64,000 nt of DNA from Opitutales bacterium (GTDB taxonomy: Bacteria; Verrucomicrobiota; Verrucomicrobiia; Opitutales; PNEW01): positions 384,001 to 448,000 of the forward strand of contig CBDANS010000005.1 in assembly GCA_965197745.1 (NCBI GenBank), given 5' to 3'. Under the pieces are notes generated by a model, which was not told where the DNA came from, did not search any database, and worked only from the letters and a program-made list of their open reading frames with translations. This document shows, piece after piece, positions 21,121 to 34,941 of the stretch. How positions within the stretch are numbered: position 1 is the stretch's first letter; the number at the start of each line of letters is the position of its first letter. A program made the translations under genes and the position numbers.

Positions 21121-23544
21121 TCAGGCATTATCTTCCAAGACTTCAACTATTTTCGAGATGCCGATAAGTTTATCACTTTTCGAGAGATTGATGAGTTTGA
21201 CTCCTTGTGTCGTGCGGCCAATGATGCGTATGTCTTTAACGGGAGAACGCACGGCTTGTCCAGACTGAGTCAGCATCATGATTTCATCATTTTCATGAAC
21301 ACTGAGAGCCCCTGCGATGTTTGAAGATCGTATGGCGATAATTCCATTGCCTGCCCGATGCTGCAATCGGTACTGATCAAAATTAGTGCGTTTACCCTGG
21401 CCGTTTTCTCCGGCGATGAGGAGGGTTGAGTCGCTGTCAACGACTTCAAGCGTTTCGACAAAATCACTTTTTTTCAAAGCTATACCTTTTACTCCACGAG
21501 TGGCCCGCCCCTGATCACGTAAATCAGTCTCCTTAAAGCGAATGGACATTCCTTTATGGGAAATGAGAACAAGCTCATTTTCTCCCTGGGTAAGTTTTAC
21601 TCCGATTAATTCATCATCTTTGTCTATATTTATACCAATAATTCCACCCCGTCGATAATTCCGATAATGATGGAGATTGGTCTTTTTGGAAATCCCTTTG
21701 CGCGTGCACATGATGAGATGCTCTTGATTGGTAAATTCTTTTACGCAAAGCATGGCTGCAATTTTTTCGTCTTTCTGCATCGTGAGCACATTCACCACTG
21801 AACGACCTTTAGAAACACGGGTTCCTTCTGGTATATCATAGACCTTCTCGACATAGACACGACCGTTATTCATAAAAAACATGATGAAGTCATGGGTGCT
21901 GGCCGTAAAAAGATTTTCAACAAAATCCTCATCGTGAGAGCCAGTCCCGATTACCCCTTTCCCTCCTCTTCTTTGTGAGCGATAGGAACTTACCGGAGTG
22001 CGTTTGATGAACCCATTGTGCGTAACGGTTATAATGCAACCTTCGTTGGCAATGATATCCTCCATGCGAAATTCCCCTTCTGCGGCCATCAGCTGGGTGC
22101 GCCTCGGATTGTTGTATTTTTCTTTAAGCTCGAGTAGTTCGCTTTTAATCAATCCAAGCAGCTCATTATCATCGTTGAGAATTTGTTTCAATTCCTTGAT
22201 GCGCTTCATGAGCTCACGGTATTCAGTTTCAATTTTTTCTCTCTCCATGCCCGTGAGCTGGTAAAGACGAAGATCGAGAATGGCATTGGCCTGTCTATCG
22301 GAAAGAGGATATTTTGCGATCAGACTTTTTTTCGCAGCATCCCTGTCAGCGCTGGCGCGTATTATTTTAACAAAGTCATCCAGATTGGTTAGAGCAGTTT
22401 TATATCCCTCCAGGATATGCGCACGGTCTAATGCCTTATTAAGACGAAACTCTGTTCGCCTGTAGACGACCTCGCGGCGGTGCTCAATATAACACATGAG
22501 CATTTCCTTTATGTTCATTTCTTTCGGCCGGCGCTGATCAAGAGCGAGAAGGATGACGCCAAACGAGGATTCCATGGGGGTCATTTTAAATAGCTTGTTG
22601 ACAATGACGCGCGGCACTATTCCCCGTTTCAATTCAATAACAATACGGGTGTTTTCATCGGACTCGTCACGAAGGTCGCTGATTCCATCAAGTGACTTGA
22701 GTTGAACCAGCTCGGCAATTTTCGTAACCATACTCGATCGGTTAACGTTATAAGGAATTTCCGTGATAATTAATTGTTCCTTGCCGCCTTTTAGTTCCTC
22801 CGTGTGCATGGATCCACGAACTTTTATAATCCCGCGACCGCTTTTCATGTATTTCTCTATACCTTCCATACCCATGATTGCACCACCGGTTGGAAAGTCA
22901 GGGCCCGGTATGATTTTTATTAACTCTTCGACAGCTATTCCCGGGTTATCGATAATATTACCAATGGCATCAATTAACTCGCCCAGGTTGTGAGGAGGGA
23001 TATTCGTCGTCATCCCTACGGCAATACCCGTGGATCCGTTCATTAGTAAATTAGGCAATGCGGCCGGTAGCACACTTGGCTCTGTCGTGCTCTCTTTATA
23101 ATTCGGTTCAAAGTTGACGGTATTTTCATCGATGCTACGCAGCATTTCCTCCGTAAGTTCGGTAAGACGGCATTCGGTATAGCGGTAAGCTGCGGGGGGG
23201 TCACCGTCGATTGAACCAAAGTTTCCTTGAGGGGCAATGAGTGGGTAGCGCATCACCCAGTCTTCTGCCATACGAACAAGAGTGTCATAGACGGAGGCGT
23301 CCCCGTGGGGGTGGTAGTTTTTCAGAACCTCGCCAACGACACCCGCACACTTATCATAAGCGCGATTGTGCACGAGGCCTTCTCGCAGCATCGCGTATAA
23401 GATGCGACGTTGTACCGGTTTTAGTCCATCTCTAGCATCGGGAAGAGCACGACTGATAATGACCGACATCGAATAATCGATGTAAGCCGTTTGCATAATC
23501 TCAGTGATATTAGTCGTAATCGGGGCTTCATTTTCTGTATACAT
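21121..23544 (-). CDS. gyrA: DNA gyrase subunit A
   Basis: RALPDARDGLKPVQRR, YHPHGD, AAYRYTE active-site Tyr, GyrA-box QRRGGKG, beta-pinwheel repeats. Confidence 0.97.
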   Translation of the reverse strand: MYTENEAPITTNITEIMQTAYIDYSMSVIISRALPDARDGLKPVQRRILYAMLREGLVHNRAYDKCAGVVGEVLKNYHPHGDASVYDTLVRMAEDWVMRYPLIAPQGNFGSIDGDPPAAYRYTECRLTELTEEMLRSIDENTVNFEPNYKESTTEPSVLPAALPNLLMNGSTGIAVGMTTNIPPHNLGELIDAIGNIIDNPGIAVEELIKIIPGPDFPTGGAIMGMEGIEKYMKSGRGIIKVRGSMHTEELKGGKEQLIITEIPYNVNRSSMVTKIAELVQLKSLDGISDLRDESDENTRIVIELKRGIVPRVIVNKLFKMTPMESSFGVILLALDQRRPKEMNIKEMLMCYIEHRREVVYRRTEFRLNKALDRAHILEGYKTALTNLDDFVKIIRASADRDAAKKSLIAKYPLSDRQANAILDLRLYQLTGMEREKIETEYRELMKRIKELKQILNDDNELLGLIKSELLELKEKYNNPRRTQLMAAEGEFRMEDIIANEGCIITVTHNGFIKRTPVSSYRSQRRGGKGVIGTGSHDEDFVENLFTASTHDFIMFFMNNGRVYVEKVYDIPEGTRVSKGRSVVNVLTMQKDEKIAAMLCVKEFTNQEHLIMCTRKGISKKTNLHHYRNYRRGGIIGINIDKDDELIGVKLTQGENELVLISHKGMSIRFKETDLRDQGRATRGVKGIALKKSDFVETLEVVDSDSTLLIAGENGQGKRTNFDQYRLQHRAGNGIIAIRSSNIAGALSVHENDEIMMLTQSGQAVRSPVKDIRIIGRTTQGVKLINLSKSDKLIGISKIVEVLEDNA

Positions 23545-23591
23545 GGAGAGGAATTAAAATATTTTATATGGACTTATTTTTTGGAAACGCA

Positions 23592-26135
<2,544 letters not shown>

Positions 26136-26256
26136 CTACTTGGGATAATTGCGAATATATTTTGCAATATTTAGCAATAAAAATGGATTATTAATTAACC
26201 TTATTAGTATTGATTTTTAGATTGCTACCGGGCTTCCAGATATAATACTCGGGTCT

Positions 26257-26670
26257 GTGAAACTCTCTTTAAAAGTAGAGTATGCCTGCCGGGTGCTCGC
26301 CCAGTTAGCGCGTTCTCAGGGAAATCAGCAACTATCTCATATAGAAGATCTTGCAAAGGCTGAACAAATTCCGGCCAACTATCTTGTGCAAATTCTGAAT
26401 GAATTGCGAAATGGGGGGGTAATCATCAGTCGCCGTGGTAAACTGGGAGGCTATGCGCTGGCGAAAAAACCCGAGGATATCACGCTCTATGAAGTGATCC
26501 GGGTAATCGAAGGTGAAGTCCTGGAGATGAACTTCACAGGCAATGGACAATCGGGCCTTAGAGTGTCACAGGTATGGGAAGAAATTGCCCGGAATCTGGA
26601 AGCAAATATGCATGAGTACACGCTTCAGGATTTTCTCCAGCCTGATTCAGAAGCGATGTATTATATCTGA
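26257..26670 (+). CDS. Rrf2-family transcriptional regulator (no Cys triad; CymR-like)
   Basis: EYACR, YLVQIL, SRRGKLGGYALA, ITLYEVIRVIEG. Confidence 0.9.
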   Translation: MKLSLKVEYACRVLAQLARSQGNQQLSHIEDLAKAEQIPANYLVQILNELRNGGVIISRRGKLGGYALAKKPEDITLYEVIRVIEGEVLEMNFTGNGQSGLRVSQVWEEIARNLEANMHEYTLQDFLQPDSEAMYYI

Positions 26671-26844
26671 TAAAAGGTGCCGGGCATATTGGGGCACACC
26701 CATTAGCACATTTATGAGGGTTCGCTACTTGCCGTATTGTCTGCTTGTAAACTGAAATTGGTAGGGTTGTATTTTTCCCTGAATTGTAAACTTAGGACCA
26801 TCTTCTAAAGGTCGGCATTTAATAATCTACTTGAGAATATTATG

Positions 26845-27456
26845 TTAAACGAGGATCTCCGTGTACTCGGTAATCCATTGCTTTAAATTATTAATTAATG
26901 ATTCTAATTCCTGCGACGATAAGCTCTGTTCATTAACCGGGTGTTTGAGGACAGATGCGACAGAATTACGTTGGGCGGCGCTTTGAGAATTCCACCAATG
27001 CTCTTTTATCGGATACCCTTCAGATCCAGCGAAAAGGTATAGTGATTTAAAAAAAACGACATCCGGTCTGATATTAGACTCCCAGCTTTCCAGTGCTTTT
27101 GCGCATAAGTTATAAGAGCTGGATGAATAATCAGCATGGTTAAGCGTTCTTGTCAGGATGCGGGCAAAATTAGAAGCATAGAAAAAGCTGGGATAGTCGT
27201 TTCCTATCGATTGAAAACGTTTCAATAGCTGATAATCGCGAATGAACCATACATTACTTTGCGTCGGTTGTTCTAATTCTACCAGGGCATAGTCAAAGAG
27301 GTCGGGTTGCGCCTTAGTTGAGGACTTGCTTGCCCTGCGTTTTAAACACAGTATTAATCCCTGGTTCTCAGCGAGGATGTAATATTTCAGGTGAGATTCG
27401 CCAGTGGTATCCTTACTTAATAAGAATCCTTCAATTGAAAGAAGGCGCCCCGCCAT
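26845..27456 (-). CDS. recO: DNA repair protein RecO-like (short form)
   Basis: N-terminal OB-fold pattern (EGFLL...GESH...G...PDLF), C-terminal LF...EGYP; near ybeY/phoH. Confidence 0.6.
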   Translation of the reverse strand: MAGRLLSIEGFLLSKDTTGESHLKYYILAENQGLILCLKRRASKSSTKAQPDLFDYALVELEQPTQSNVWFIRDYQLLKRFQSIGNDYPSFFYASNFARILTRTLNHADYSSSSYNLCAKALESWESNIRPDVVFFKSLYLFAGSEGYPIKEHWWNSQSAAQRNSVASVLKHPVNEQSLSSQELESLINNLKQWITEYTEILV

Positions 27457-27476
27457 ACCACTCAGTCCTTTATCGC

Positions 27477-28184
27477 TTAGGTAGCTGTTCCTGTTTTTGT
27501 ATTATTCTCTGCAGTGACAATTTCCGGATTACGCACCTCTATCATTTCTTGCCTTTTGCTATTTACATTAAAATGAGGGACGACCGCTCCACCAGAAACA
27601 ATCAGTTTCATCCCTTCGGCGACACTCATCTCCAATTCTTTAACTTCATCCTTCGGGACCATGACAAGATATCCGCTGGTTGGATTGGGAGTGGTGGGAA
27701 GGAATACATTAATTATATCCTGGGTCGTCATTTCCTGTACTTCTCCTTTTCCATGCCCTGTTAAAAACCCCATGGCAAATACTCCTTTGCGCGGAAATTC
27801 AATAAGTACCACTTTCTGAAACACCGATTTTTTTTGCTGAACAAAAGTATCAATGATTTGTTTGACCGTGTTATAGACCGTTTTGGCAAAAGGTAAACTG
27901 GTAATCATGCGCTCTGTCATCCGGACAAAGAATTTTCCGAGAAAATATTTTGAAAACCATCCCAGGAGGGTAATCAGAACAAGGACGATTAAAGTAGCAA
28001 GAAAGTTTAGAAAAGCGGATAGAATGGCCTTATCAAAAATTTCATCAGGTATGAAAAAAAAGAAAAGTTGTGTGGTGGGAGCCCCAATCATCTCAATGAG
28101 GATGCGAATCACATATATCGTAACCGCCACGGGTGCGAGAACAAGCATCCCGGACACAAAGGCATTCCGTATAGCTTTTAGCAT
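27477..28184 (-). CDS. DUF502 membrane protein
   Basis: VYNTVKQI, VVLIEFPRKG, VFLPTTPNPTSG, EGMKLIVSGG. Confidence 0.92.
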   Translation of the reverse strand: MLKAIRNAFVSGMLVLAPVAVTIYVIRILIEMIGAPTTQLFFFFIPDEIFDKAILSAFLNFLATLIVLVLITLLGWFSKYFLGKFFVRMTERMITSLPFAKTVYNTVKQIIDTFVQQKKSVFQKVVLIEFPRKGVFAMGFLTGHGKGEVQEMTTQDIINVFLPTTPNPTSGYLVMVPKDEVKELEMSVAEGMKLIVSGGAVVPHFNVNSKRQEMIEVRNPEIVTAENNTKTGTAT

Positions 28185-28266
28185 AGCAACTGAAGGATAA
28201 AAATGCTCACATCTAAAGAGATATTCAGTCTGTATATTCTAACAAGATTAAAAACAAAATATTTAT

Positions 28267-28752
28267 TTAAGAAATAGCAAAAGGGGGAATTTTATTCGAC
28301 TTATCTAAAGCCTCCATAATTTTATTCTCTGCCTGGCGTATGGCATCGCGTCCATTTACACTTTTATCTTCGTGGCCAGCGAGGTGCAGCCATCCATGGA
28401 CTAAGTAGAGGGTAATTTCCCTGGCCAGGGTAAAACCGTTTTCGGATACATAGTGTTCGGCAAAATCGATACTAACACAGATTTCACCGGCAAAATCCAT
28501 TTTGGGATCACCTTGAAAAGTAATAACGTCTGTAGCGTGTGGATCATTGAAATATTTTTCATGCAATCGCCTTATCTCTTTTTCGTCGACAAACGCTACT
28601 GATAACTCACCGTCAGGTATGGTTTCAGGCTGGATGTGGTTATCCAGGAAGTGGAAGAGTGAGCAAACTTGTGTGGCCTGATTTTGCAAGCGCTTGCATC
28701 GATTAATGACTTGAACGTTGCGTTGCTTTCTCTTCGATTGGGGCATCAGCAT
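28267..28752 (-). CDS. ybeY: rRNA maturation endoribonuclease YbeY
   Basis: TDVITF, GEI, HGWLHLAGHED; true start may lie slightly downstream of 28752. Confidence 0.92.
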   Translation of the reverse strand: MLMPQSKRKQRNVQVINRCKRLQNQATQVCSLFHFLDNHIQPETIPDGELSVAFVDEKEIRRLHEKYFNDPHATDVITFQGDPKMDFAGEICVSIDFAEHYVSENGFTLAREITLYLVHGWLHLAGHEDKSVNGRDAIRQAENKIMEALDKSNKIPPFAIS

Positions 28753-31177
28753 TACTGAGTTTAGCGGGGCTTATCGGTGAAGGGGATTCTGTAACAGGGG
28801 TGGTTTTAACATTTGCTGCTTCTTCGGATTTTTTTTCTTCCATTGATTCTTTTTTAGGATAGTCCACCCGGGTGTGAAGCATATTGAGAAGGGTGAAAGA
28901 GAAACTGCTTTTAAGATCCTTTACTTCTTCAAAAGTAAGAGGACAGTCCGAGAGCTGACCCCCTTCTATTCTTTCATTGCATATACTATCGATCAAATCA
29001 TTTACGGCCTGGGGCGAAATTTTTCGCAGGCTTCGGCTTGCCGCTTCAATTGAGTCAGCAAGTAATATAATGGTACTCTCTGTGAATTGTGGCTTGGGTC
29101 CGTCATAGCGGTAGGTGCTTTCATTGACTTTGTCGAGTTCGACTTTAGGCGCGTTTGGGAAATCCCATGCAGTATGTTCATTTTGTTTTTTCAAGGCTTT
29201 GTAGTAGAAGTACTGGATAAGAGATGTCCCATGATGCTGTTGGATAACATCGGTAATAAGCTTTGGTAATTTGTTTTGTTGTGCCAGTTGCATCCCTTCT
29301 TTGACATGACTTTTTATGACAAGAGCGCTTATCGATGGATTTTGAACAAGGTGTGGATTTATTCCCTGTCGCTGATTCTCCGTAAAATATTCGGGTTTCA
29401 CCGTTTTGCCTATATCGTGAAAAAGGGAACAAACACGACAGACAAGGGGGTTTGCTCCAATAGCTGCAGCTCCATTTTCGGCGAGATTAGCGACCATAAG
29501 ACTGTGGTGATAGCTTCCCGGGGCAAGGACCTGCATGCGACGAAGTAGGGGGTGATTATAATCGGTAAGCTCGAGCAATGATATATCGGTCGTATATTTG
29601 AATAATTGTTCGAGGATAGGCAAAAAACCTAAGACGATTATCCCTGTAGCGATACCTACGAGTTGGGCCGCAAACATTTGTTTCGCGATAATTATCAAGT
29701 CCAGGGCGTCGCGTAAACCTAAGAAAAATGTGCATAATGCCAGGCAGAGCCCGGCAAACGCGCCCGCTCTCACGACACGTGCACGAAGTTGAATATTTCG
29801 GCAATAATATATACCTACAATTGAAGAGAGGAAAGTGATCAGGAGGAGGGGAAGGGCGTTACCGAGCATTACGGCGTTGAAAATACTGATTACTAAGGCG
29901 ACAAATATGCCGGGACCTACTCCAATTAGAATTGCGACAATTATTGGACCTAGGGCGGTGGGTGCCAGGTAGGGTAATATCGCAATCAAAGTATTTGATT
30001 TCTGGTTAAGAATTCCGATTTCACCAAATTCAAATATGAGTCGAATAATGGCCAGGTTTAACAATATAACTACCGCCGCGAGAGCTAGCTCTCTGTTGTG
30101 TGAACTTAATTGTCGGCTTTTTGCTTTAATACAAATAATTGATGATAGGAGGACCGCAAAAGTCATTAATACACGCTCCCAAAACAATGAGTTGAAGCTA
30201 AAACCTGCGTCTAAAATTTTATTTAATGATTTTCTATAGGCATTTAACTTTTCAATATCTAAGGAGAGAACTTTAGATCCGGGCTCAATGATTGTCTCTC
30301 CTTCCTCAACCGAAACAATTACCGGGTCGACACTGGCCAGCACTTGTTGAATGCGCTCCTCGCTTTTCACGGGATCGTATACCAGGTTCGGTGTAAGACC
30401 GTTGCGCAATAAGCGGTAGAGGGCAGCTGATGCTTCACGGGTAATATCTAAGGCTAGAAGATTGATGCGAAGGGAACGCAAAGCGTCTTCTTCTGATTGC
30501 ATTTCAACCTGGGCAATATGACCAGTCTCTTTTTGAATATTAAAAAAACTTAATCTACCGGTTTGTAGTTTTATTTCAGAATGTTCTGCATCATAAATGC
30601 CCTCCCGAAAAATATCCTGCATAATTTTCAGGCTCTCTTCAAAGGCTACAGCGCGCTGTTCATCATCCAACTCGATGTCGATTATTGATAAATCTTCAGG
30701 ATCGAGATTATACGAGCCTCTCGGTTCGAAATCTTGAGCAAAGTTGGCAATCGCAAATTGTTTTTCGGACGCCGGGAGTTCATGTATCTTTCTGTTTAAC
30801 TCATCGAGGGCTGCAGTTAATCGTTCAATATAACCGGCAAATTTTTCATAGGGAGTGAAATCGAGTCGGTAGATTGGAGGGACACGCCGCCTTCGACTGT
30901 CAATAAGGGACTCGGTGCGAATCTCACTTTCATAGGTAAAAGCAGTTTCCGCCACGATACGAATGCGTGCGATCTGATCCGGTAGAATTTGTGGTCCTGC
31001 CGGAGATAAACCAACGAAGCAGACAAATATGACAAGGACCGCGAAAGTTAATAACAAGGCGACGGAAATTAACTGGCTGGTGCCGAAAATACCTCGAGAA
31101 CCAGAATTATTCCCAACTGTTTGCTTGCGTCTGAAAATCGCGGAGCGTGCTTTACTGAATGCTTTAGATAGCGCCAT
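28703..31177 (-). CDS. 7TM-HD phosphohydrolase (PgpH/YqfF-like)
   Basis: Extracytoplasmic domain, 7 TM, APGSYHHS, FHDIGK, YFTEN, QHHGTS, YRYDGPKP, LADSIEAA; phoH-HD-ybeY synteny. Confidence 0.92.
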   Translation of the reverse strand: MALSKAFSKARSAIFRRKQTVGNNSGSRGIFGTSQLISVALLLTFAVLVIFVCFVGLSPAGPQILPDQIARIRIVAETAFTYESEIRTESLIDSRRRRVPPIYRLDFTPYEKFAGYIERLTAALDELNRKIHELPASEKQFAIANFAQDFEPRGSYNLDPEDLSIIDIELDDEQRAVAFEESLKIMQDIFREGIYDAEHSEIKLQTGRLSFFNIQKETGHIAQVEMQSEEDALRSLRINLLALDITREASAALYRLLRNGLTPNLVYDPVKSEERIQQVLASVDPVIVSVEEGETIIEPGSKVLSLDIEKLNAYRKSLNKILDAGFSFNSLFWERVLMTFAVLLSSIICIKAKSRQLSSHNRELALAAVVILLNLAIIRLIFEFGEIGILNQKSNTLIAILPYLAPTALGPIIVAILIGVGPGIFVALVISIFNAVMLGNALPLLLITFLSSIVGIYYCRNIQLRARVVRAGAFAGLCLALCTFFLGLRDALDLIIIAKQMFAAQLVGIATGIIVLGFLPILEQLFKYTTDISLLELTDYNHPLLRRMQVLAPGSYHHSLMVANLAENGAAAIGANPLVCRVCSLFHDIGKTVKPEYFTENQRQGINPHLVQNPSISALVIKSHVKEGMQLAQQNKLPKLITDVIQQHHGTSLIQYFYYKALKKQNEHTAWDFPNAPKVELDKVNESTYRYDGPKPQFTESTIILLADSIEAASRSLRKISPQAVNDLIDSICNERIEGGQLSDCPLTFEEVKDLKSSFSFTLLNMLHTRVDYPKKESMEEKKSEEAANVKTTPVTESPSPISPAKLSNADAPIEEKATQRSSH

Positions 31178-31199
31178 GACTGTTTATATCGGGCCAGGA

Positions 31200-32192
31200 T
31201 TAATTATTACCACTACTATTAACCCTATTCTGATCAATCGAATTAGCGTGATGAATTTCGTAAGCTTCTATGATTTTTTGGACCAGGGGATTTCGAACTA
31301 CGTCCGAAGACTGCAAATAAAATAATTCAATATTTTTGATATGCATTAGCACTTTTGACGCTTCTTTAAGTCCGGAATTTTTAGAACTGGGAAGATCAAT
31401 CTGTGTTACGTCACCGGTGATGACCATACGACTGCGATCTCCCATGCGCGTGAGAAACATCATCATTTGCTCAGGCGTCGTATTTTGCGCTTCATCTAAG
31501 ATGACGAAGGCATTAGAAAGCGTGCGGCCCCGCATGTAAGCGAGGGGAGCGATTTCTATAGCCCCGCGCTCGATGAGGCGAGTGGAATCTTCACGACCAA
31601 GCATGGCATACATCGCATCATAAAGGGGTCTTAAATAGGGTTGAATTTTTTCCGTAAGATCACCGGGTAAAAACCCCAATGCTTCACCGGCTTCAACTGC
31701 CGGGCGAGTGAGGATAATGCGATCAACTTCTTCTTTAAGCAGCGCATCAATGGCAGCAGCCATCGCTAAATAAGTTTTCCCCGTCCCCGCAGGACCAATC
31801 CCCAAAACGATTTCGTTATTAAGTACAGCTTGAAGGTATTTTTTTTGATTAATTGTTTTGGGCACGATACTTCGATTTTTGATTCGAATTATCAAGGGGT
31901 GGTCAAAAACATCTTTGAGATCAGGACCGTGACCATTGGCTACGGTTTTTAACATGTTTTCAAAATCAGAGTCCTGAAAATTTATTCCCTGTGCCCGTCC
32001 CTCTGCAAGCATATGAAAAAACAGCTCGGTCTTTGATATATTATCTGAATCACCGTTCACGCGCAGCCAATCTTCGCGAGTTACTATGTTCACTGACAGC
32101 ATTTTCTCGACTTTGGATAAATTACTTTCCCGCGCACAGTATAACTGGTTAAGCTGGCGGGGATTATCAAAATACAGGGTTTTTTCAGACAT
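31200..32192 (-). CDS. phoH: PhoH-family ATPase
   Basis: GPAGTGKTYLA, RPAVEAGE, LAYMRGRTL, DEAQN, GDVTQIDL. Confidence 0.95.
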   Translation of the reverse strand: MSEKTLYFDNPRQLNQLYCARESNLSKVEKMLSVNIVTREDWLRVNGDSDNISKTELFFHMLAEGRAQGINFQDSDFENMLKTVANGHGPDLKDVFDHPLIIRIKNRSIVPKTINQKKYLQAVLNNEIVLGIGPAGTGKTYLAMAAAIDALLKEEVDRIILTRPAVEAGEALGFLPGDLTEKIQPYLRPLYDAMYAMLGREDSTRLIERGAIEIAPLAYMRGRTLSNAFVILDEAQNTTPEQMMMFLTRMGDRSRMVITGDVTQIDLPSSKNSGLKEASKVLMHIKNIELFYLQSSDVVRNPLVQKIIEAYEIHHANSIDQNRVNSSGNN

Positions 32193-32229
32193 AAGCCCTC
32201 ATTAATTTAGGGGTATTACTATTATATAA

Positions 32230-32712
32230 TCAGCAATACTTTTTCAGTTTTCCCCAAGTGTCATTAAGGGCCTCAGGAAGAACCTTCGTCTGTCCAATTA
32301 CCGGCATATAATTCGTGTCACCCTCCCAACGCGGCACGATATGGCAATGAAGGTGTCGAGGAATACCGGCACCGGATGCGCTGCCAAAATTAAAACCTAT
32401 ATTAAATCCGTCAGGGTTAACCGCTTTTAACAGTATTTCTTTCCCTTTGACAATGATATCCATAAGATCGTTGCGTTCCCCTGATTCCAGATCACTGAGA
32501 TCTGCCACTTCTCGGTAAGGAACGGCCAATAGGTGACCGGGGTTGTAGGGATATTTATTCAATAGAAGATAAGATAATGTTCCACGATAGACGATAAGTG
32601 CCTCTTTATCGTTATCAAGTTGTGGCAGGCGCAGGAAGGGGTTATCGAAACGCTCTTCATTTTTTGGAGTTTCGATATATCCCATGCGCCAATATGCGTG
32701 AAGTGTATCCAT
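32230..32712 (-). CDS. HIT-family hydrolase
   Basis: LNKYPYNPGHLL, GFNIG, HLHCHIVPRW. Confidence 0.93.
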   Translation of the reverse strand: MDTLHAYWRMGYIETPKNEERFDNPFLRLPQLDNDKEALIVYRGTLSYLLLNKYPYNPGHLLAVPYREVADLSDLESGERNDLMDIIVKGKEILLKAVNPDGFNIGFNFGSASGAGIPRHLHCHIVPRWEGDTNYMPVIGQTKVLPEALNDTWGKLKKYC

Positions 32713-33094
32713 ACGAGAACGAACCTTTGGATGATTTTAAGAGTATGTAATGACTTAAGCCACTTAATCTTAAAATACGACTGAAAAGAGTAAAGTTTTT
32801 CTACCTCGTCGTCCACCCCTTATTTAAAGCATTTAAAGCATTTAAACTGATTAAGAGGAAAGAATCGATACACTGTTTTCAGCGGACATTTATTTTCATC
32901 TATTTCAGGATAAGAAGAGCAGGGAGTATCCCTGTTATCGATTTATCTTTTTCGCATTCACGGCTCGAAAATTTAAGACATTATTCTTTATCTCAATAGT
33001 ATTGATTGGGATACTTTTATTTATGGTGACTTCAGTCATCTAAGAATAATGTCATTATGATTATCTCATAAATTAACTTTTCGCATTTAAAATC

Positions 33095-34723
33095 ATGGCT
33101 CTAAATCTCTTGGATTGGTCAATAATTATTGCTTATGTCGTGGGAATGGTTGGCTTAAGCATCGCTATAGGCCGAGGTCAAAAAAACCATGAAGACTACT
33201 ACCTTGCGGGTCGTTCATTTGGCGCTTTACCGATCGCCCTATCCACGATGGCTACACAGTGTTCGACAAACAGCCTGCTCGGCGCTCCTGCCTTTGTTGC
33301 CTTTTCTGTTGGTGGCGGATTGGTCTGGTTGCAATACGAACTGGCTGTTCCTTTTGCCATGATAGGGCTCATGGTCGTCATCTTGCCTATCTTCCGACGA
33401 TTGAACCTGGTTTCATTGTATGAATATCTCGAGCTGCGCTTCGGTCTCGCGACAAGGACTGTCCTGAGTATTGTCTTCCAATTTCTCAGGGCATTCTCAA
33501 CGGGTGTCACCGTATATGGAATTTCCTTAGTGTTGATGGTCTGTCTCGATATACCCTTTTGGGGGGCAGTGCTATTACTTGGTGGTGTGACTGTGATATA
33601 CGATGTCCTTGGCGGCATGAAAGCGGTAATATTATCAGATATTATACAATTAATCGTTATTGTTAGCGCGGTCATTATCGCTATTATTATCGCAGTCAGT
33701 CTTTTAGGAGGGGTATCAAACACCATGGCGCATTTCGATAGAGATCGATTACAGGCTCTCGATTTTTATCATCATGGATTTGGTGACGGAAAGGATTTTT
33801 CATTTTGGCCTATGCTTATAGGAGGGGTCTTTCTCTATTTATCATATTACGGCTGTGATCAAACACAGGCGCAAAGAGAACTCTCAACGCGCAATCTACG
33901 AGATATGAAATACGCACTATTCCTCGGTGGTTTGCTCAGATTTCCCCTAGTTCTTGCTTACTGTATTTTAGGTATCTGCATTGGAGCTTATGCAATGTCT
34001 CATCCTGAATTTATAACTTCTCTGCCTACAAACGAAATGGATGTTGGCGGGGTAATACACAGCGAGCCCAACTACAATCTCGCCGTGCCTCTATTTGTTC
34101 TCAGTCATTTTCCGCATGGCATTATCGGTCTGATTATGGTGGGGCTCTTCGCCGCAGCGATGTCATCGTTGGACTCCACTTTGAATTCCCTTAGTGCTGT
34201 TACAATGCGAGACCTCGTGCAACGATTTATGTTTAAAGATTTAAAAATAAAACAGGAAATAATTACGGCAAAAATCATCACTGTATTTTGGGGCGTTATC
34301 TGTCTGACCTTTGCTTTTTATGTAGGCGATATATCCGATTCGATCATTATTTCGATAAATAAAATCGGTTCATTGATTAACGGTCCTCTCTTAGCAGTAT
34401 TTCTTCTCGGGATGTTGACTCGTCGGACCAACGATCTTGGCGCGGTTTCAGGTTTTATCGTGGGTTTCATCGCCAATCTTCTTCTCTGGAAATATGCTCC
34501 CGATATATCCTGGCTGTGGTGGAACGTTATCGGATTCTTTATAACCTATATCAGTGGGTTCATTTTAAGCCTCGTTAAAGCAGCCCCCGACTATAAAATG
34601 ATACAGGTGGCGCTCTATCAACGGGGCTCTGTTAAGGATGATAAGACGCAAAACTGGAAACCCTATTACCTTGTTCTCACCCTCTATGGGTTGGGTCTGT
34701 TCATTTCCCTCGCCTGCTTGTAA
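33095..34723 (+). CDS. Sodium:solute symporter (SSS family)
   Basis: YYLAGR, YEYLELRF, GGMKAVI..D..Q, DQTQAQR, AAAMSSLDS; ~13 TM. Confidence 0.93.
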   Translation: MALNLLDWSIIIAYVVGMVGLSIAIGRGQKNHEDYYLAGRSFGALPIALSTMATQCSTNSLLGAPAFVAFSVGGGLVWLQYELAVPFAMIGLMVVILPIFRRLNLVSLYEYLELRFGLATRTVLSIVFQFLRAFSTGVTVYGISLVLMVCLDIPFWGAVLLLGGVTVIYDVLGGMKAVILSDIIQLIVIVSAVIIAIIIAVSLLGGVSNTMAHFDRDRLQALDFYHHGFGDGKDFSFWPMLIGGVFLYLSYYGCDQTQAQRELSTRNLRDMKYALFLGGLLRFPLVLAYCILGICIGAYAMSHPEFITSLPTNEMDVGGVIHSEPNYNLAVPLFVLSHFPHGIIGLIMVGLFAAAMSSLDSTLNSLSAVTMRDLVQRFMFKDLKIKQEIITAKIITVFWGVICLTFAFYVGDISDSIIISINKIGSLINGPLLAVFLLGMLTRRTNDLGAVSGFIVGFIANLLLWKYAPDISWLWWNVIGFFITYISGFILSLVKAAPDYKMIQVALYQRGSVKDDKTQNWKPYYLVLTLYGLGLFISLACL

Positions 34724-34941
34724 TGCTTCTACAGTTTAATATTAATCCATGTTTTCGACAATATCGTCCCGAGTAGATGCATATATTCACTATTAGGTTA
34801 CCTTTCATTAATTAAAGACTTCTCAAATATGATTGCTAACCTTCAGGGCATTTTATAGTCATGCACCAACTTATCTTAATCCCTTTGGAGATACGATAGG
34901 AACTATTTTAGAATGCATACTGATATGCAATTTAACTAGAA

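Noticed and set aside
32823..32846. TTTAAAGCA short direct repeat upstream of the HIT/SSS genes
   Set aside because: Only ~2.7 copies in AT-rich DNA; no function can be assigned
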